From the human T2T-CHM13v2.0 reference genome, Homo sapiens, in the NCBI RefSeq assembly GCF_009914755.1, contig NC_060929.1: a stretch of 64,000 bases of DNA. One strand, 5' to 3'. A program made the position numbers and the translations under genes. This document shows positions 46,212 to 63,192 of this stretch, piece by piece. Position 1 is the stretch's first letter, and each line of letters begins with the position of its first letter. The notes beneath the pieces were generated by a model. That model saw nothing but the letters and a program-made list of their open reading frames with translations, was not told the DNA's origin and made no database searches.

Positions 46212-47324
46212 CTACTTACAGTTCCCAACATATCTGTTCCATGTTGTTTATTCAACACCTTTGCCTGAAATCAGCTCCACACCTCTCTTTGGTAATTATT
46301 ACTTAAGAGTCAATTCAGCCCCTGTTTCCTCCAAGAAACCTTTCCTAAAAATCTAGATTGAATTTATGGATCACCCTTTCTCTGAAGAGCACTCAATTAA
46401 CATATCAATCATAGCCCAACCTGTTATGTTAAAATCATCTGTTACTGAACCTTCTTCCCCAATTACATCAAAAGCTGGGCAGGCTGGGTAGAATAAGATG
46501 TTTTAAATAGGTTTGACAGTATATTTTTAGTTGCATAAGATATGTTAATTATTTTTAAAAATCAGAAGGTACACCAAAACAAAAGAAAAATTACTGGCAA
46601 ACTCCCATCCTCCCTGATTGAGATCACATCTTAATTCATGTCGTACTCTTAACACCCTGCAGCATTATCGAACATAGAGTAGGTATTCAATGTGGTTTTT
46701 TCCTTTTTTGCTAAAGTAGAATCTAAACTATTGAGTAATAAAGTTTTATTTAATTATCCAAGATAATCCTTACACTTTTCAAATTTAAATGTCATAAACA
46801 ATTTCACCTTCTCTCCCACCCACATGCATCGAGTATCAGTTTAAATGGCTTCACAAGAAGTATACTTTAACAACTTATGTTTTGACAGTTATAAAAATAC
46901 ATTAATAAAACTAAGGAATATACTTTATCATGTAATTAAATGCTATATACTAATAAATTACATCAAGCCACTAAGTTATCTAATTTAGACACCTTACTGC
47001 CTGATGTATTTTCCCCTTTCAGTGATTAGAAATTTGGACTTCCTCATCAAAACCGAGGAGCATTAGGAAGTCCAGTTTAACTTCCCTCTCTTGTCATTCT
47101 TTTGTCAGAAATCTTGGGCAGTGTCAAAGAACATTAGCTTAAACAAGCAGAACTTAATGCATCTTCCCCAACACATCTGGCAAGTATTGGAATAATGTGT
47201 GCAAAATGCCTCAAATTTCTTTTTCCATTATGGTCAAAGGCAGTCAGATTAACTGAGTAAATAATATTCATAATGATTAAATACAGATGTATCCTGTTAT
47301 AAATTTTTTAAAATTCAAGTCTTA

Positions 47325-47696
<372 letters not shown>

Positions 47697-48971
47697 TTAG
47701 GGGCTGTCTGAATTCTATTTCCCACTGCCTATGTGAAGATTTTCTCAATTTTTACAGGAGTATTTCTGTTCTTCCAGAAACCAAAAGTCTTCCAAATTGC
47801 CCATCTTCACATGCAAAAGTTTATAAACATTACCCCAGAAGCAAAACATTGCTTCTGAGTTGCAATATATTATGTAAGAAAAAATAATTGATTAACATAA
47901 TATAAACATAAAAGTTAGCCAATCCTATATCTCCCTCCTATATCTCCCAAGTTTATTATATAAACGAACAGTACTGTTATTAGATAATATTATCTAATGT
48001 CTCTGCAAACCTCATTCTCCCAGAAGAGTGGCATTAGAAATTCTGTATCAACAAAAGCTTTTTCTGTCTGTCTGCTCAATAGAGAATGACATCACAGGAA
48101 ATCAAGATCCAGACAGGTCAATAGGTTACTGGTCAGTAAATTAGCTGGTCCAGGCGAAGCTGGGGCCATTTTGGTACAGCAAATTTCTGTACTCCTCAGG
48201 GGCTATTATTGGTTTTCTTACTCACATATTCCCTGGAGACTAAGTAGCACTGCTTTTTGCCTACAAGCCTAAATTGTCAGGTACTGACATTAAGAACAGG
48301 GAAGCTGGAAAGAGGTACTGATCTTTAAGTCACATTCCTGTTAAATACAATAATAATATCCTCTCACAAAGTGAAGGATCTTTTTAAATCATCCCCTTCT
48401 TCATTTCATATGTTGCTATTCCTACACAGGTATATGATTTAAAAAGCTGTCTAGTTACTGACATACATATGCATGAGAAATACAAGCCTTAACAAATGAA
48501 TCCTTTAGCATCATAAATGCTTACCCAGTAATGTCTACAATTAGACCATATTCTTCTTCAGCCATTTTCTCAAAATGTAAAGCCAGTTGTACTAGGTACG
48601 TAAGTACCACACCCAGCCAGTCTAGTTATAATGAGTTTTCCTATGATAGAAGGCATTTCCTCAAACTTCAGCTTTATTTTATCTGCATGTGGGTTGCATT
48701 TAAGAAAGGAAATTTATTTCTCACATTCAATCATATATACTGCAAGTAAGCATCTGAAGAATACAAGGCTTCCATAATCCAAACAAAAATAATTTTGTAT
48801 TTAAATCTGATTCATACAGCCAGAGATCAGTTACTCAGAATGGATCAGAAACACTGGGCCTGTGCTAAAACATACACAATTTAAATAAAAGCCAGAAAAA
48901 AAGAAAAAAAAAGCAAATCTCTTCAAGCAGCCAATAGTTTCCATACTGTACTATCACAAATAGACCAGCTA

Positions 48972-49300
48972 GGCCGGGCACGGCACAGTGGCTCACACCT
49001 GTAATCCCGGCACTGTAGGACACCGAGGCAGGCAGAACGCTTGAGCCCAGGTGTTTAAGACCAACCTGGGAAACATGGTGAAACCCTGTCTCTACAAAAA
49101 AAATACAAAAATTAGCCAAGCATGGTGGCTACACCAACAGCACCTATAGGTGCCAACAAGCACCTATAGTCCCAGCTGCTCGGGAGGCTGAAATGGGAGA
49201 TTGGTTGCACCCGGGAGGTCAAGGCTGTAGTGCGCTGTGATCGTACCACTGCACTCCAGGCCAGGCTACAGAGCAAGACCCTGTCTTAATTTTTTAAAAA
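48972..49300 (+). mobile_element. AluJ with internal rearrangement
   Basis: TSD aaatagac(c/t)agcta. Confidence 0.88.
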
Positions 49301-49421
49301 TAACAAATAGACTAGCTAGCTGTGTATGCCCTTAAATTCATCCTAACGGTAAATATAAACCCTTGTATCCTGAAGTAGATGTCATCCAAGGTCATGTTTT
49401 CATAATCCAGGTAATCTAAAG

Positions 49422-49605
49422 TAGTAGTTCTCAAGCTGTGGTGCCAAGATCAAGAGCAGCATCTGAAACTTGTTAGAAGAAATACAAATTCTCAAGCCCC
49501 ATGCTAAATCTTCTCAATCAGGCACTTGAGGTTGTGGCCCAGCAAATCTGTGTTTTAATAAACCCTCCAGATAACTCTAATGAACCATTAAAATTTAAGG
49601 GCCAT
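49422..49605. mobile_element. MER5A (hAT-Charlie)
   Basis: agtagttctcaa...gcagcatctgaaacttgttaga...tgtgttttaataaaccctccag. Confidence 0.75.
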
Positions 49606-50546
49606 GGATCTAAAGAGAATCTTGGCCTGGGAAGGGAGCTACAGATGTGAACTACCTGGGCTCATTAGCTTTTTTTTTCCCCAGAAAATCTTAGAGGAAT
49701 GGTATTCTCATTGGCATTAATAATGGCAGTCCTAGATAACTGGATGTTCTAATATTGCAAGTATATAGCCCCTTTTAATTTACAGTAAATTCTCATATAT
49801 TAATTCTAAATTATGAACTCTAGTTATTAAAATTAATAAGTATTCTATTAAAGTCCACTTACGCTCTTAGTTCTATGTTTAGGACCTAATGGTCACTACA
49901 ACTGAAGTCCAGTAAAAGGTTTATAATAGCAGTAATAGCAGACAGAGCGCAAAAGTGTGCTACGTGCAAGAGAGAGAATGGCGGGGAGAAAAGAGAGTCA
50001 ATGGGAAAAAATCAAGATCAAAAACCAAAATTGTAGGAGGATATTCTCATCCTTACATGTAACTCTGACTCATTTATACAGTCAACAAAAATGACTCATT
50101 ATGGGTGCTTATGTTCCTTTCTCCCCAATGTCAAGCATCATAATTTTATAATTAAAAGCTTATATGGTGGCAGGCTGTAGAGATACATAAGTTAAAAGAG
50201 CAGATTACACTATAATCCTAAAAAACTATAGACAATATTTAGACTGGATTTTTTGCATTTTTAGCTTTCTGACTTTCAAAATTCAAGAGAAAAATAATAG
50301 GAAAGTATGTATCCAGCCAAACTACACTCCACAATAGAACAGCAATGCATACCCACAGTTATGTACCACTATTATACAGCTCTGAAATTGGCAACAACTG
50401 ACTCATTCTGGAAAGACAGATGGAAATTACATTTTTCTAGGAAGATACAAAGTCTTTCTAAAACTTTTTCTATATTTGATTTTCCTTGCTCCTTGCTTCA
50501 GAACCCCAAAGCTTACTAAGGGAGCTTATCTTAAAAGCTATAAACA

Positions 50547-50903
<357 letters not shown>

Positions 50904-51288
50904 TTAATTCTGCTTTTAAAGAGGGTGCTTTCCCAACCCTTACACAGGACTGTAAGCGGACACTTGCATATGGATGGCTGTAGAAATTTTAAATAGGTAA
51001 AAAGCCTAAGTATACTTAGGTTAAAAGTGCAATCAAAGTAACAGTATATGGCAGCCAATTTATATACACCAGGAAGAGACAGTGAATGAGTATGACATGT
51101 ATATATCACAAAATAATTATTTTTATACCATTTTAAATCAATATATTTCACATTTTGTCAAAATGGCTTGTGCAAGAAACAAAAATATCATCAATAAGAA
51201 ATATCACAAGAAAATTCTCAGCTAAAACAAAATAAGATTTATGTACCTGAACCAGAGAAATAATATATGTATGAATAATTTGCAAGGG

Positions 51289-51597
<309 letters not shown>

Positions 51598-52209
51598 TTA
51601 GGTACACTCATCACCACAATGACTTTCTTAAATTTGCTGGCTGAGAGAAAAGATTAGAGTTTTCCTGCCTAACTTATTAACATGTTGGTTGATCCAAGAG
51701 AGATATTAGAGACATAGGCATGGCATTTGGTGGAAAAGTACAAAACAGAGAATCAACACCCTGATACTGAAGTCCCACTTCCATTTTATTAAGTTTCTAG
51801 AATCAAAAACAAGATGCTAATCCTTACTGTGCTTCAAGTTCTTTATTCATAAAAGTGGGACAATATTATTGTCCATGCCTATGTTACAAGAATGCCAAAA
51901 GGATGAAAATGAGTAACAAATGGTCAGCATGCAAAAGCTTGGATATTTATGCCAGAAAATAAGAAGATAGTTAACTCCCAGGTTAATCTATGATCACTGA
52001 AAATAAACACCTTTCTTCATTTGGTTATAAGTAAATAATAAACTAATACATATATGCTTTTTTTTCCTGTAGCTTAGTCATGTATTAACCTTAAAAAAAA
52101 AAATTAAATATATGAAGATGTATATTGTAACCCCTAGAGAAACAACCAAAAAAACAGATAACATGTCAGTAGGATACTTAAATTGCTACACTAAAAAAAA
52201 ATTGTTTCA

Positions 52210-52707
<498 letters not shown>

Positions 52708-53378
52708 CTAAAAGATACACTTTAAATTCAGAGATTCGAATAAGCTAAAAGTTTTACTTATAGAAAAATATATAACCCAAACAATAAGCATAAGAGAATT
52801 AGAGTGACTATATATTAATATCAGGCAAAATAGACTTTAAAACAAAGAATATTTCTAAACACAAAGAAATACATTGATACCAAAAAGGAGCAATACAGCA
52901 GAAAAAAAAAACGACACTTGTAAGTGCTACATATTGAACAGCACGGCCACAAGATAAAAAAACAAAGTTTACGCAAATGAAAGGACAAAAAGACAATTCA
53001 ACAATTATAGTTAGAGATTTCAAGCTCCCCAAAAAATAACTCATAAAACATGTTGGTTAAAAAAAAATCAGTAAAGATATATAAGATTTGAGTAACACTA
53101 TCAACCAACTTGACCAAACTGATTTCTATAGAACATTTCACCCAGAAAACACATGCTCTTCAAGTGCACATGGAACATTCTCCAGAATAGACTGTATGTG
53201 AAAAATGTGGGGGCCCAGGGGGATGGGAATCAACTAATTTGAAAGAATTCTAATCATATAAAGTATGTTCTCTAAACACAATGAAATTAAATTAGAAATC
53301 GATGACAGAAAGATAAATGCAAAATCCCCTACATAATCCACAGATCAAAGAGGAAGACGCAAGGGAAATTAGAAAGTA

Positions 53379-53854
53379 TTGTTAGCCCTTGAACAACTCA
53401 GGTTTGAACTGTGTAGGTCCATTTACATGCAGATTTTCTTCAATAACAGCTACATTGAGCATGCCTGCCTTTCCTGCCTCCCTTCTACCTCCCTCACCCC
53501 TGAGACAAGACCAACCTCTCCTCTTCCTCCTCCTCAGCCTACTCAGTGAAGAAAATGAGGATAAAGACCTTTAGGATGATCCATTTCCACTTACTGAATA
53601 GCAGATACATATTTTTGTCTTCATTATGGTTTTCTCATTTTCTTTTCTCTACCACACTTCATTGTAAGAAGATAGTATATAATAAATATGACATACAAAA
53701 TATGCATTAATGGACTGTTTACGTTATTAAGGCTTCCAGTCGACAGTAGGCTATTTGTAGTTAAGTTATGGGGGAGTCAAAAGTTATTATATGTGAAGTT
53801 TTGACTGCACAGGGGGTCAGCGCCCCAGTCCCTGCATTGTTTAAAGATCAACTA
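53379..53854. mobile_element. Tigger2a/MER28-like DNA transposon inside L1
   Basis: TIRs gtt.gcccttgaacaa / ttgttt.aagatcaact, TA on both sides. The L1 sequence resumes across it. Confidence 0.85.
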
Positions 53855-54371
53855 TATTTTCAGTTAAATAAAGATCCAATATATCAAAATTTGTGACACA
53901 GCTAGTGATCTAAGCATCTACTTTATGAAACTAGAAAAAAGAAAAGCAAACAAAACTAAAAGCAGGCAGGAGAAAGTAAATAAAAATAAAAGCAAAAATA
54001 AATGAAACTGAACACAAAAAATAGATAAAAATCAATGAAATCAAAAGAAACCCTTGAAACTAACCAAAAGGTTAATAAAATTGATAAGTTTCTAGCCAGA
54101 CCAGTCAAGAAAAAAAGACATAAGACACAAATTATCAATAGTAAGAATGTAAGAGAGGCTATCTCTGCAGTTCCTACAAACAATACAAAGATAGTATAAT
54201 GACATGATGAACAACTTGATGCCAATAAACTTGACAACTTACATGAAATGGACAAATCCCTTAAAAGACAAACAACCAAAGCTCATAGAAGAAAACACAG
54301 ATAATCTGAATAGTTCTATATCTATTTAAAAACTTGAAATCATATTTAAAACCTTCCCACAAAGATTATTC

Positions 54372-54880
54372 GAGCCTGAAGGCATGCACCTGTAGTCCCA
54401 GCTAAGTAGGAGTCTCAGGCAGAAGGATCACTTGAGCTCAGGAGTTCAAGGCTACCATAAGCTATGACTGGGCCACTGCACTCCAGCCTGGACAACAGAA
54501 CAAGACTCCATCTCTAATTAATTAAATAAATGAATGAATGAATATAAATATTTTTTAAAACATTAAAAAATAGGCCAGGAGTGGTGGCTCATGCCTGCAG
54601 TCCCAGCACTTTGGGCACCAAGGTGGGCAGATCAGTTGCGACAAGGAGTTCAAGACCAGCCTGTGCAACAGGTGAAACCCTGTCTCTACAAAATATACTA
54701 CAACAACAACAAAAATTAGCTAGGCGTGGTGGCGCACACCTGTAGTCTCAGCTACTCGGGAAGCTAAGGTGGGAAGATCACTTGAGCCGGGAGGTCAAGG
54801 TTTCAGTGAGCCAAGATCACGCCACTGTACTCCAGCCTAGGTAACAAAGTGAGACCCTGTCTCAGTTTTAAAAAATTAAA
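54372..54880 (+). mobile_element. Alu monomer followed by AluJ, within one 20-bp direct repeat
   Basis: ttaaaaccttcccacaaaga at 54346-54365 and 54887-54906. Confidence 0.85.
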
Positions 54881-56361
54881 TTAAACTTAAAACCTTCCCA
54901 CAAAGAAACTTCTAGGCCCAAATGACTTCACTGATGAATTCAACATTTAATACCAAACTTTTGACACTAAAGCTAGACAAAAACTTTACAAGAAAACTAC
55001 AGACCAATAACTCATAAACACAGATGTAAAAATCCTTAATAAAATATTAGCAAACCAAATCCAATTAATATAAAAAGTATAATACTCCATGACTAAGTAT
55101 ATACCCCAGGGATAAAAAGTTGCTTTGATATTCAAAAAACTAACATAATATACTATATTAGAGAATAAAGAAGAAAAACAATATAGCCATCTTAACAAAC
55201 ACAGAAAAAGCATGTCACAAAATCCAATACCCATTCATGATAAAAATCTAACAAAAAGCATCTACAAAAAAAAAAACCACACACAGTTGACATATTTGTG
55301 AAAGGCTGAGTGCTTCTTTCCTAAGGTCAGGAAGAAGACAAGCAATCTGCTCTCACCACTTCATTCAACCTGGTATTGCAGGTCTTAGCCAGTGTAGTAA
55401 GGAAAGGAAAAGAAATCTAAGGCAATATAAAAGAGAAAAGAAGTACAGCTCTCTTTATTCACACACAACATGAATGGGAAAGCAAAAAACCTTCAGGAAT
55501 CTATAAAATCACTCCAACTAATAAATTAAATTAGCAAGATTGCAGGATACATGATTAATATAAAAACAAATTCTACTTCTACACACTCAAAACAATTGGA
55601 AATTGATTAAAAAAAAAACTCACAATGGCATTAAGTTAGTAATATACTTAACAAAACGTATGCAAGACCCAGACCCTGAAAACTAAAAAACACTGGCATG
55701 AGAAACTAAAGAAAACCTAAGTTAATGGAGAGATACAACATATTCATGGATTGGAAGACCCAATATTAACATGGCAATTCTTCAAAAATTGATCTATATA
55801 TTTGAAGCAATCTCAATAAAATTTCTGCCCTTTCAAAGAAAACATAAAGAACTTACAATAGACAAAGCAAGCTTTAAAAAGAAGGACAAAGTTAAAAGCT
55901 TCCCATTACACCTCATTTTAAAACTATTACAAAGCTGCAGTATGGTATTCGCATGAGAGGCATACAGAGCAATGAACTAGACTAAGTGTCCAGAAATAGA
56001 CCCACATTTATGTGGTCAATTCATTTTCAACAAAAGTGCCAACATAATTCAATGTGAAAATGTTTTTTTTCGGTCAATAAATAATGTTGGAACAACCAGA
56101 TATTCAATGGAGAAAAAGTAGATATTGACCCTTTTTGTCACATTATACACAAAAAAATAATTCAAATGGATCACAATACTAAACAAATAAATCATAAAAC
56201 TTATTTTAAAAAATAAGAAAAATTTTGGAACGTTGAGGCAAGTAAAGATTTCTTAGGACACAGAAAGCAAAAACCATAAAAGAAAAAAATGATAAATTAG
56301 ATTCTATCAAATTTAAAACTTTTAAGCTTGAAAAACCACCATTAAGAAAATAAAGCAGCCA

Positions 56362-56664
56362 GCTGGGCGCAGTGGCTCACACCTATAATCCCAGCACTTT
56401 GGGAGGCCAAGGTGGGCGGATCACGAGGTAAGGAGAGCAAGACCATCCTGGCTAAGACGGTGAAACCCCATCTCTACTAAAAATACAAAAAATTAGCTGG
56501 GTATGGTGGTGGGTGCCTGTAGATCCAGCTACTCAAGAGGCTCAGGCAGGAGAATGGCGTGAACCCGGGAGGCGAAGCTTGCAGAGAGCCAAGATCGTGC
56601 CACTGCACTCCAGCCTGGGGGATACAGCGAGACTCCATCTCAAAAAAAAAAGAAAAAGAAAAAG
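56362..56664 (+). mobile_element. AluY
   Basis: AluY diagnostics, TSD aaagcagcca. Confidence 0.88.
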
Positions 56665-56667
56665 AAA

Positions 56668-57031
56668 GCAGCCATAAAAAAGAATGAGTTCATGTCTTTT
56701 GCAGGGACACGCATGAAGCTGGAAACCATCATTCTCAGCAAACTAACACAGGAACAGAAAACCAAACGCACATGTTCTCATTCCTAAGTGGGAGTTGAAC
56801 AATGAGAACACATGGACAGAGGGAGGGAAACATCACACACCGGGGCCTGTCAGGGGGTGTGGGGTAAGGCGTGGGGAGAGCATTAGGACAAACACCTAAT
56901 GCATGTGGGGCTTAAAAACTAGATGACGGGTTGATAGGTGCAGCAAACCACCATGGCACATATATACCTATGTAACAAACCTGCATGTTCTGCACATGTA
57001 TCCTAGAACTTAAATTAAGATAAAAAAGAAA
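56668..57031 (+). mobile_element. L1PA7-like 5'-truncated 3' end
   Basis: gcagccataaaaaagaatgagttcatgtc...ggacaaacacctaatgcatgtggggcttaaaa.ctagatgacgggttgataggtgcagcaaaccaccatggc. Confidence 0.88.
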
Positions 57032-57048
57032 AAGAAAATAAAAAGTTG

Positions 57049-57319
57049 GGCCAGGAGCGGTGGCTCACGCGTGTAACCCTAGCACTTTGGGAGGCTGAGG
57101 TGAGTAGATCACTTGAGGTCAGGAATTCAAGACCAGCCTGGCCAACATGGTGAAACTCATCTCTACTAAAAATACAAAAATTAGCTGGGCATGGTGGCAC
57201 ACACCTGTAATCCCAGCTACTCAAGACGCTGAGGCATGAGGTTGCAGTGAGCCGAGATTGTGCCACAGCACTCTAGCTTCGGCGACAGAGTGAGGCTCTG
57301 TCTCAAAAAAAAAGAAAAG
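57049..57319 (+). mobile_element. AluSx-like with internal deletion
   Basis: TSD aaaaagttg. Confidence 0.87.
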
Positions 57320-57327
57320 AAAAAGTT

Positions 57328-57450
57328 GATTGGGCATGGTGGCTCATGTTTATAATCCCAGCACTTTGACTTTGGAAGGCCGAGGCAAGAGGATCGCTTG
57401 AACACAGGAGTTCAAAAACAGCCTGGACAACAAAGCAAGACCCTGTCCCA

Positions 57451-57503
<53 letters not shown>
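57328..57503 (+). mobile_element. Alu monomer (FLAM-like) with (TAAA)n tail
   Basis: Single arm followed by about 13 TAAA units. Confidence 0.85.
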
Positions 57504-57505
<2 letters not shown>

Positions 57506-57902
57506 GAAAATACATAGCAAGCCACAGATTGAGAGAAAATATTTTCAAAACATATATCTAACAAAGGACTTTTATTCAGAATATATAAAGAACTCTTACA
57601 ACTCAGACAAGCAACTAATTTTTTTTTAATGGGTAAAAGAGTTAACATTTCAAAAATGACAATAGCTGAATGGACAAGAAACACACGAAAAGATGTTCAG
57701 CAACACTGGTCATTAAGGAAATATAAATTAAAACCACACTGAGATACCATAACAAAAACCCTTAGAATGGCTAAAATAACAAAGACTGGCCATTAATAAA
57801 TACACACATGCTATATATAGTCCAGCACTTCTACTCCTAGATATTTGTTCAAGAAAAAATAAAAGTATATATTACTGTACTGGTACACAAATGTTCAGAA
57901 CA

Positions 57903-58204
57903 TCTTTTTTTTTTTTTTTTTAAGAAGCAGTCTTGTTCTGTCACCCAGGCTGGCATGATCTGGGCTAACTGCAACCTCCACCACACGGGTTCAAAGTGAT
58001 TCTTGTGCCTCAGTTTCTCAGCCTCCCAAGTAGCTGGGATTACAGGTGTGCACCACCACACCTCGCTAATTTCTGTTATTTTTAGTAGAGATGGGGTTTC
58101 ACTACGTTAGCCAGGCTGGTCTCGAAATCCTGACCTCAAGTGATCCACCCAGCCTTGGCCTCCCAAAGTTCGGACATTACAGGTGTGAGCCACCATACCC
58201 AGCC
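57903..58204 (-). mobile_element. Alu (S/J)
   Basis: TSD cagaaca(t/g)cttt. Confidence 0.87.
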
Positions 58205-58630
58205 AGAACAGCTTTATTTTTAATAGCCAAAAATTGGAGACAACTCAAATGTCCATCAATATTTGCATGAATGGATAAGTAAACTGTGTTATATCCATAC
58301 AATCGAATATACCTCAGGGGGAGAAAAAGGAACAACATGGATGAATTGCAAAACTAACATGTTAAGTGAAAGAAGGCAGACACAACAAAGTACTCACTGT
58401 AGGATTCCTTTTATATAATACTCTAGAAAACACAAAACTATAGGCACAGAAACTTGACCCTCCGGTTGCAGATGGGAGTGTAAATTGACTGTAAACACTC
58501 AGGGACAAGCTTTTCAAATATCTGAAAACTTGACTGTAATGGTAAATAACTTTACAAATTTATTCAATTGTACACTTAAAATGGGCAAAATTTTATGTCA
58601 TGTGAATTATACCTCAAAAAAGCTATTTAA

Positions 58631-59010
<380 letters not shown>

Positions 59011-59126
59011 GTACTCCTATAGCTGGTTTTATCATTGCATTCATAAATATGTATGGTATTTTTTAAAGGTTATATGGTTAAGTTATAGATGGAAGAAGAA
59101 ATCATGATAATTTTATTCTATTAAAT

Positions 59127-59325
59127 CGGGGCGTCCAATCTTTTGGCTTCCCTGCACCACACTGGAAGAAGATCTGTCTTCGGCCACACATAAAATACAC
59201 TAACAATATCTGATAATAAACAAACAAACAAAAATCATAATGTTTTAAGAAAGTTTACGAATTTGTGTTGGGCCGCATTCAAAGCCATCCTGGGCCACAT
59301 GTGGGCCACAGGTTGGATAAGCTTG
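59127..59325. mobile_element. MER30 (hAT-Charlie)
   Basis: c.gggg.gtccaatcttttggcttccctg...gggccgcattcaaagccatcctgggcc...ggttgga.aagcttg. Confidence 0.88.
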
Positions 59326-59439
59326 TATCAGATTTTGTTTTACATGGTATGTTTTTACCCAGCTATTTGTTCTTCTTTATAATTTGTTTTAAATTTCAGT
59401 CTCATTTTCAATAGGCTTCCTCTCCTCCACCCAAGCCAT

Positions 59440-60045
59440 TTGTTCATCCCCTCTGTTCCTACTCCTCCACTGAACACTCTGGAATTCTGGCTCTACTGTT
59501 AAAGTCTTCTATCTTTCCCTGTGTCTCCAAACTGTTCCCTGAAGGCTCTCTGTACCTCCTAGCCATCCAATTAAAGAGGCTTTCCCTAGGATACTGCTTG
59601 CCCTTGCAGGGAATGAGATCTACACAGCCCATACACCTTAAGAGTCCAGTATTGATGTTGGTGTTTTCATCATTCCTCAAAGCCATTTCTGGACCATTCT
59701 TCCTCTAGCCCCTTATAAAAATGCTTGTTCACCTGAGCTCAAATCAACACTATCACCTTTTACCAACTATTTCTCAACTGTCTACCTCTTCAGTCACTTT
59801 TCCCTCCTTCATTAAGACTTTACACCCATATCAGTCCTCCTCACCACCTCAAAGTTTGCCATTTAACAGCTTGATCTTTCTCTTCTTTGACCTCATTATC
59901 ACCAAGCAAGTTCTCTTCCATTCTCATCCTTTGTTTAATGTAAATCTTCCCTGCCAGACTAAGGTCCATGAAGATGGGGACCAGAGATGTCTTGTTCACT
60001 GCTAAACCCCAAGCAAATACCATAGTATATACTCTAGTTAAATAA
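59440..60045. mobile_element. L2 fragment
   Basis: ccagactaaggtccatgaagatgggga...cttgttcactgct pattern. Confidence 0.55.
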
Positions 60046-60065
60046 GATTTTTTTCATCCCCACTA

Positions 60066-60431
<366 letters not shown>

Positions 60432-60891
60432 TCAAGAATACCAACAAAGACAATGAAGTATCTAGAAATCATATCTAAAAAAATCAAACAAAGGATGTTT
60501 TACCCAAGAAAGTATTTGTACTTTGAACAACTAAAGGAAATTAAACTTGATATATAAAAAGATAAGGCTGACAATTTTGAAACTTGAAATGAGGAATTGG
60601 CTCTGCTACTAATTAGTGGCTTTACTTAGTGTTCTTGGTCCTCTATTTTTTCCTCATCTATCAATTTAAAAAGTTGGATCTTCTGAGTTCTAAACATTCT
60701 GTTTCATTCATGTCTAAAGGTGTCCCAGCATGCAGAAAGGAGCCCAATAAGGGCGTTATAAGACAGCAACCTGATGACCTAGAGCTGTCACAACCTGAAC
60801 CAAGTTACCTTATAAAAAAAAATCTAAACAATAATAATAAACTAAGAATACTAAGATCTAGCAGAGCTTCATAAATAATGGTGGGACTAGA

Positions 60892-61270
60892 TCAGGGTTC
60901 GGCAAACTATGACCCCTGTGGCAGCGCTGTTTTTGTGAAGTTTATTGGAACATAGCCACATTATTCATTTAAGTATTGTCTATGGCTGCTTTCTTGCTAT
61001 TAACAGCACAGTTCCATAGTTGTGAAAGAGACTATATGGCCCAGAGAGCCTAAAATATTTACTATTGGCTGGGTGTGGTGGCTCATGCCTGTTACCCCAG
61101 CACTTTGGGAGGCCAAAGTGGAAGGATCACTTGAGCCCAGGAGTTTGACACCAGCCTAAGCAACATAGTGAGACTTAGTCTCTACAAAATAATAATATAA
61201 AAATGTAAAAAAAAAAAAATTATATATATTATATATGTTATCTGGCATCTTAAGAAAGTTTGCTGACTCT
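60892..61270. mobile_element. MER58A-like hAT interrupted by an Alu monomer (61067-61218)
   Basis: cagggttcggcaaactat...gttttattggaaca.agccac...agcctaaaatatttactat | Alu | tatctggc...aagtttgctgac. Confidence 0.8.
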
Positions 61271-61535
61271 AGCCTAAATGATCTATAAGGTTCATTTAAC
61301 ATTCTTACATGCTGGCGATGAAAAAAAGAGCTGCAATAAAACACTTTTAAATGGAAGACAGCAATAAAAAAGGAAAAAGGCATGATGAGAGAGAACAATT
61401 CATACAAGATCAAAATTCACCTCCCAGTGATAACACTAACTTCTCTTTTTAAGTGCGTGGCTTATCTTCCAGTCACTGAAACCTTCTATTCCAAGAATAT
61501 ACAAGATTAAACAAGCATTAGCGATTTAACACTCA

Positions 61536-61844
<309 letters not shown>

Positions 61845-62187
61845 TTAAAGTAGCAAGCAGGCACTTTAAACAAAACAAAACATAGGGGGAAAAAAGGAAA
61901 TGGTAAATCGCAAAAATATCTTTGTTTCAAAAACAGTCCCAGCCCCTTTTTTCTTTACAATGGAGAGTCAACTTAGGATATCCAATTCTAAACCACAAAA
62001 CAGGTGTCATATCAATGGTGGACATTACTTACAAAGCCATGGCTGGGACAAAATTATATCATCACTTACCTAAAATAACAAGATCTTATTTTTTTTTTCT
62101 TGTATTCAAATAAACAGAGCTTTAAAAAGTAGACAGTGATATATCCTGGAGGACAAAAACTATGGCTTGTCCAAAAAACAAACTTCC

Positions 62188-62500
<313 letters not shown>

Positions 62501-62872
62501 CTACTTCCCCAATCAGAAACTCCTGTGTATAAGTACTTTTATCTGACAGAGGCTTCATTTTTCTCAAATATTCCTTTGAATCAAAGACATCCATCATATT
62601 AAAAAGAGTAAAATCATTTCAGGGAGGATTGCTAGAGGATACAGAGGGCAGGGATTTAGCCTTCCAGGTGACCTCTGCTGGGGTCCCAAGGGGTGGGACA
62701 GGATTTTTAGTCACTAATTTAAAAGTATAAAAAGGTTTCCAATGCTTTATAAGTTAACAAACCCATATCCTGAGAATTCAAAGAATACTGAATGGCAACA
62801 TTATAAATAGTAACATTTGCTATTAAAAAAGACAGTAAGACTCTAGCTACCTGAAACCAAAATAAACAGTTA

Positions 62873-63192
<320 letters not shown>

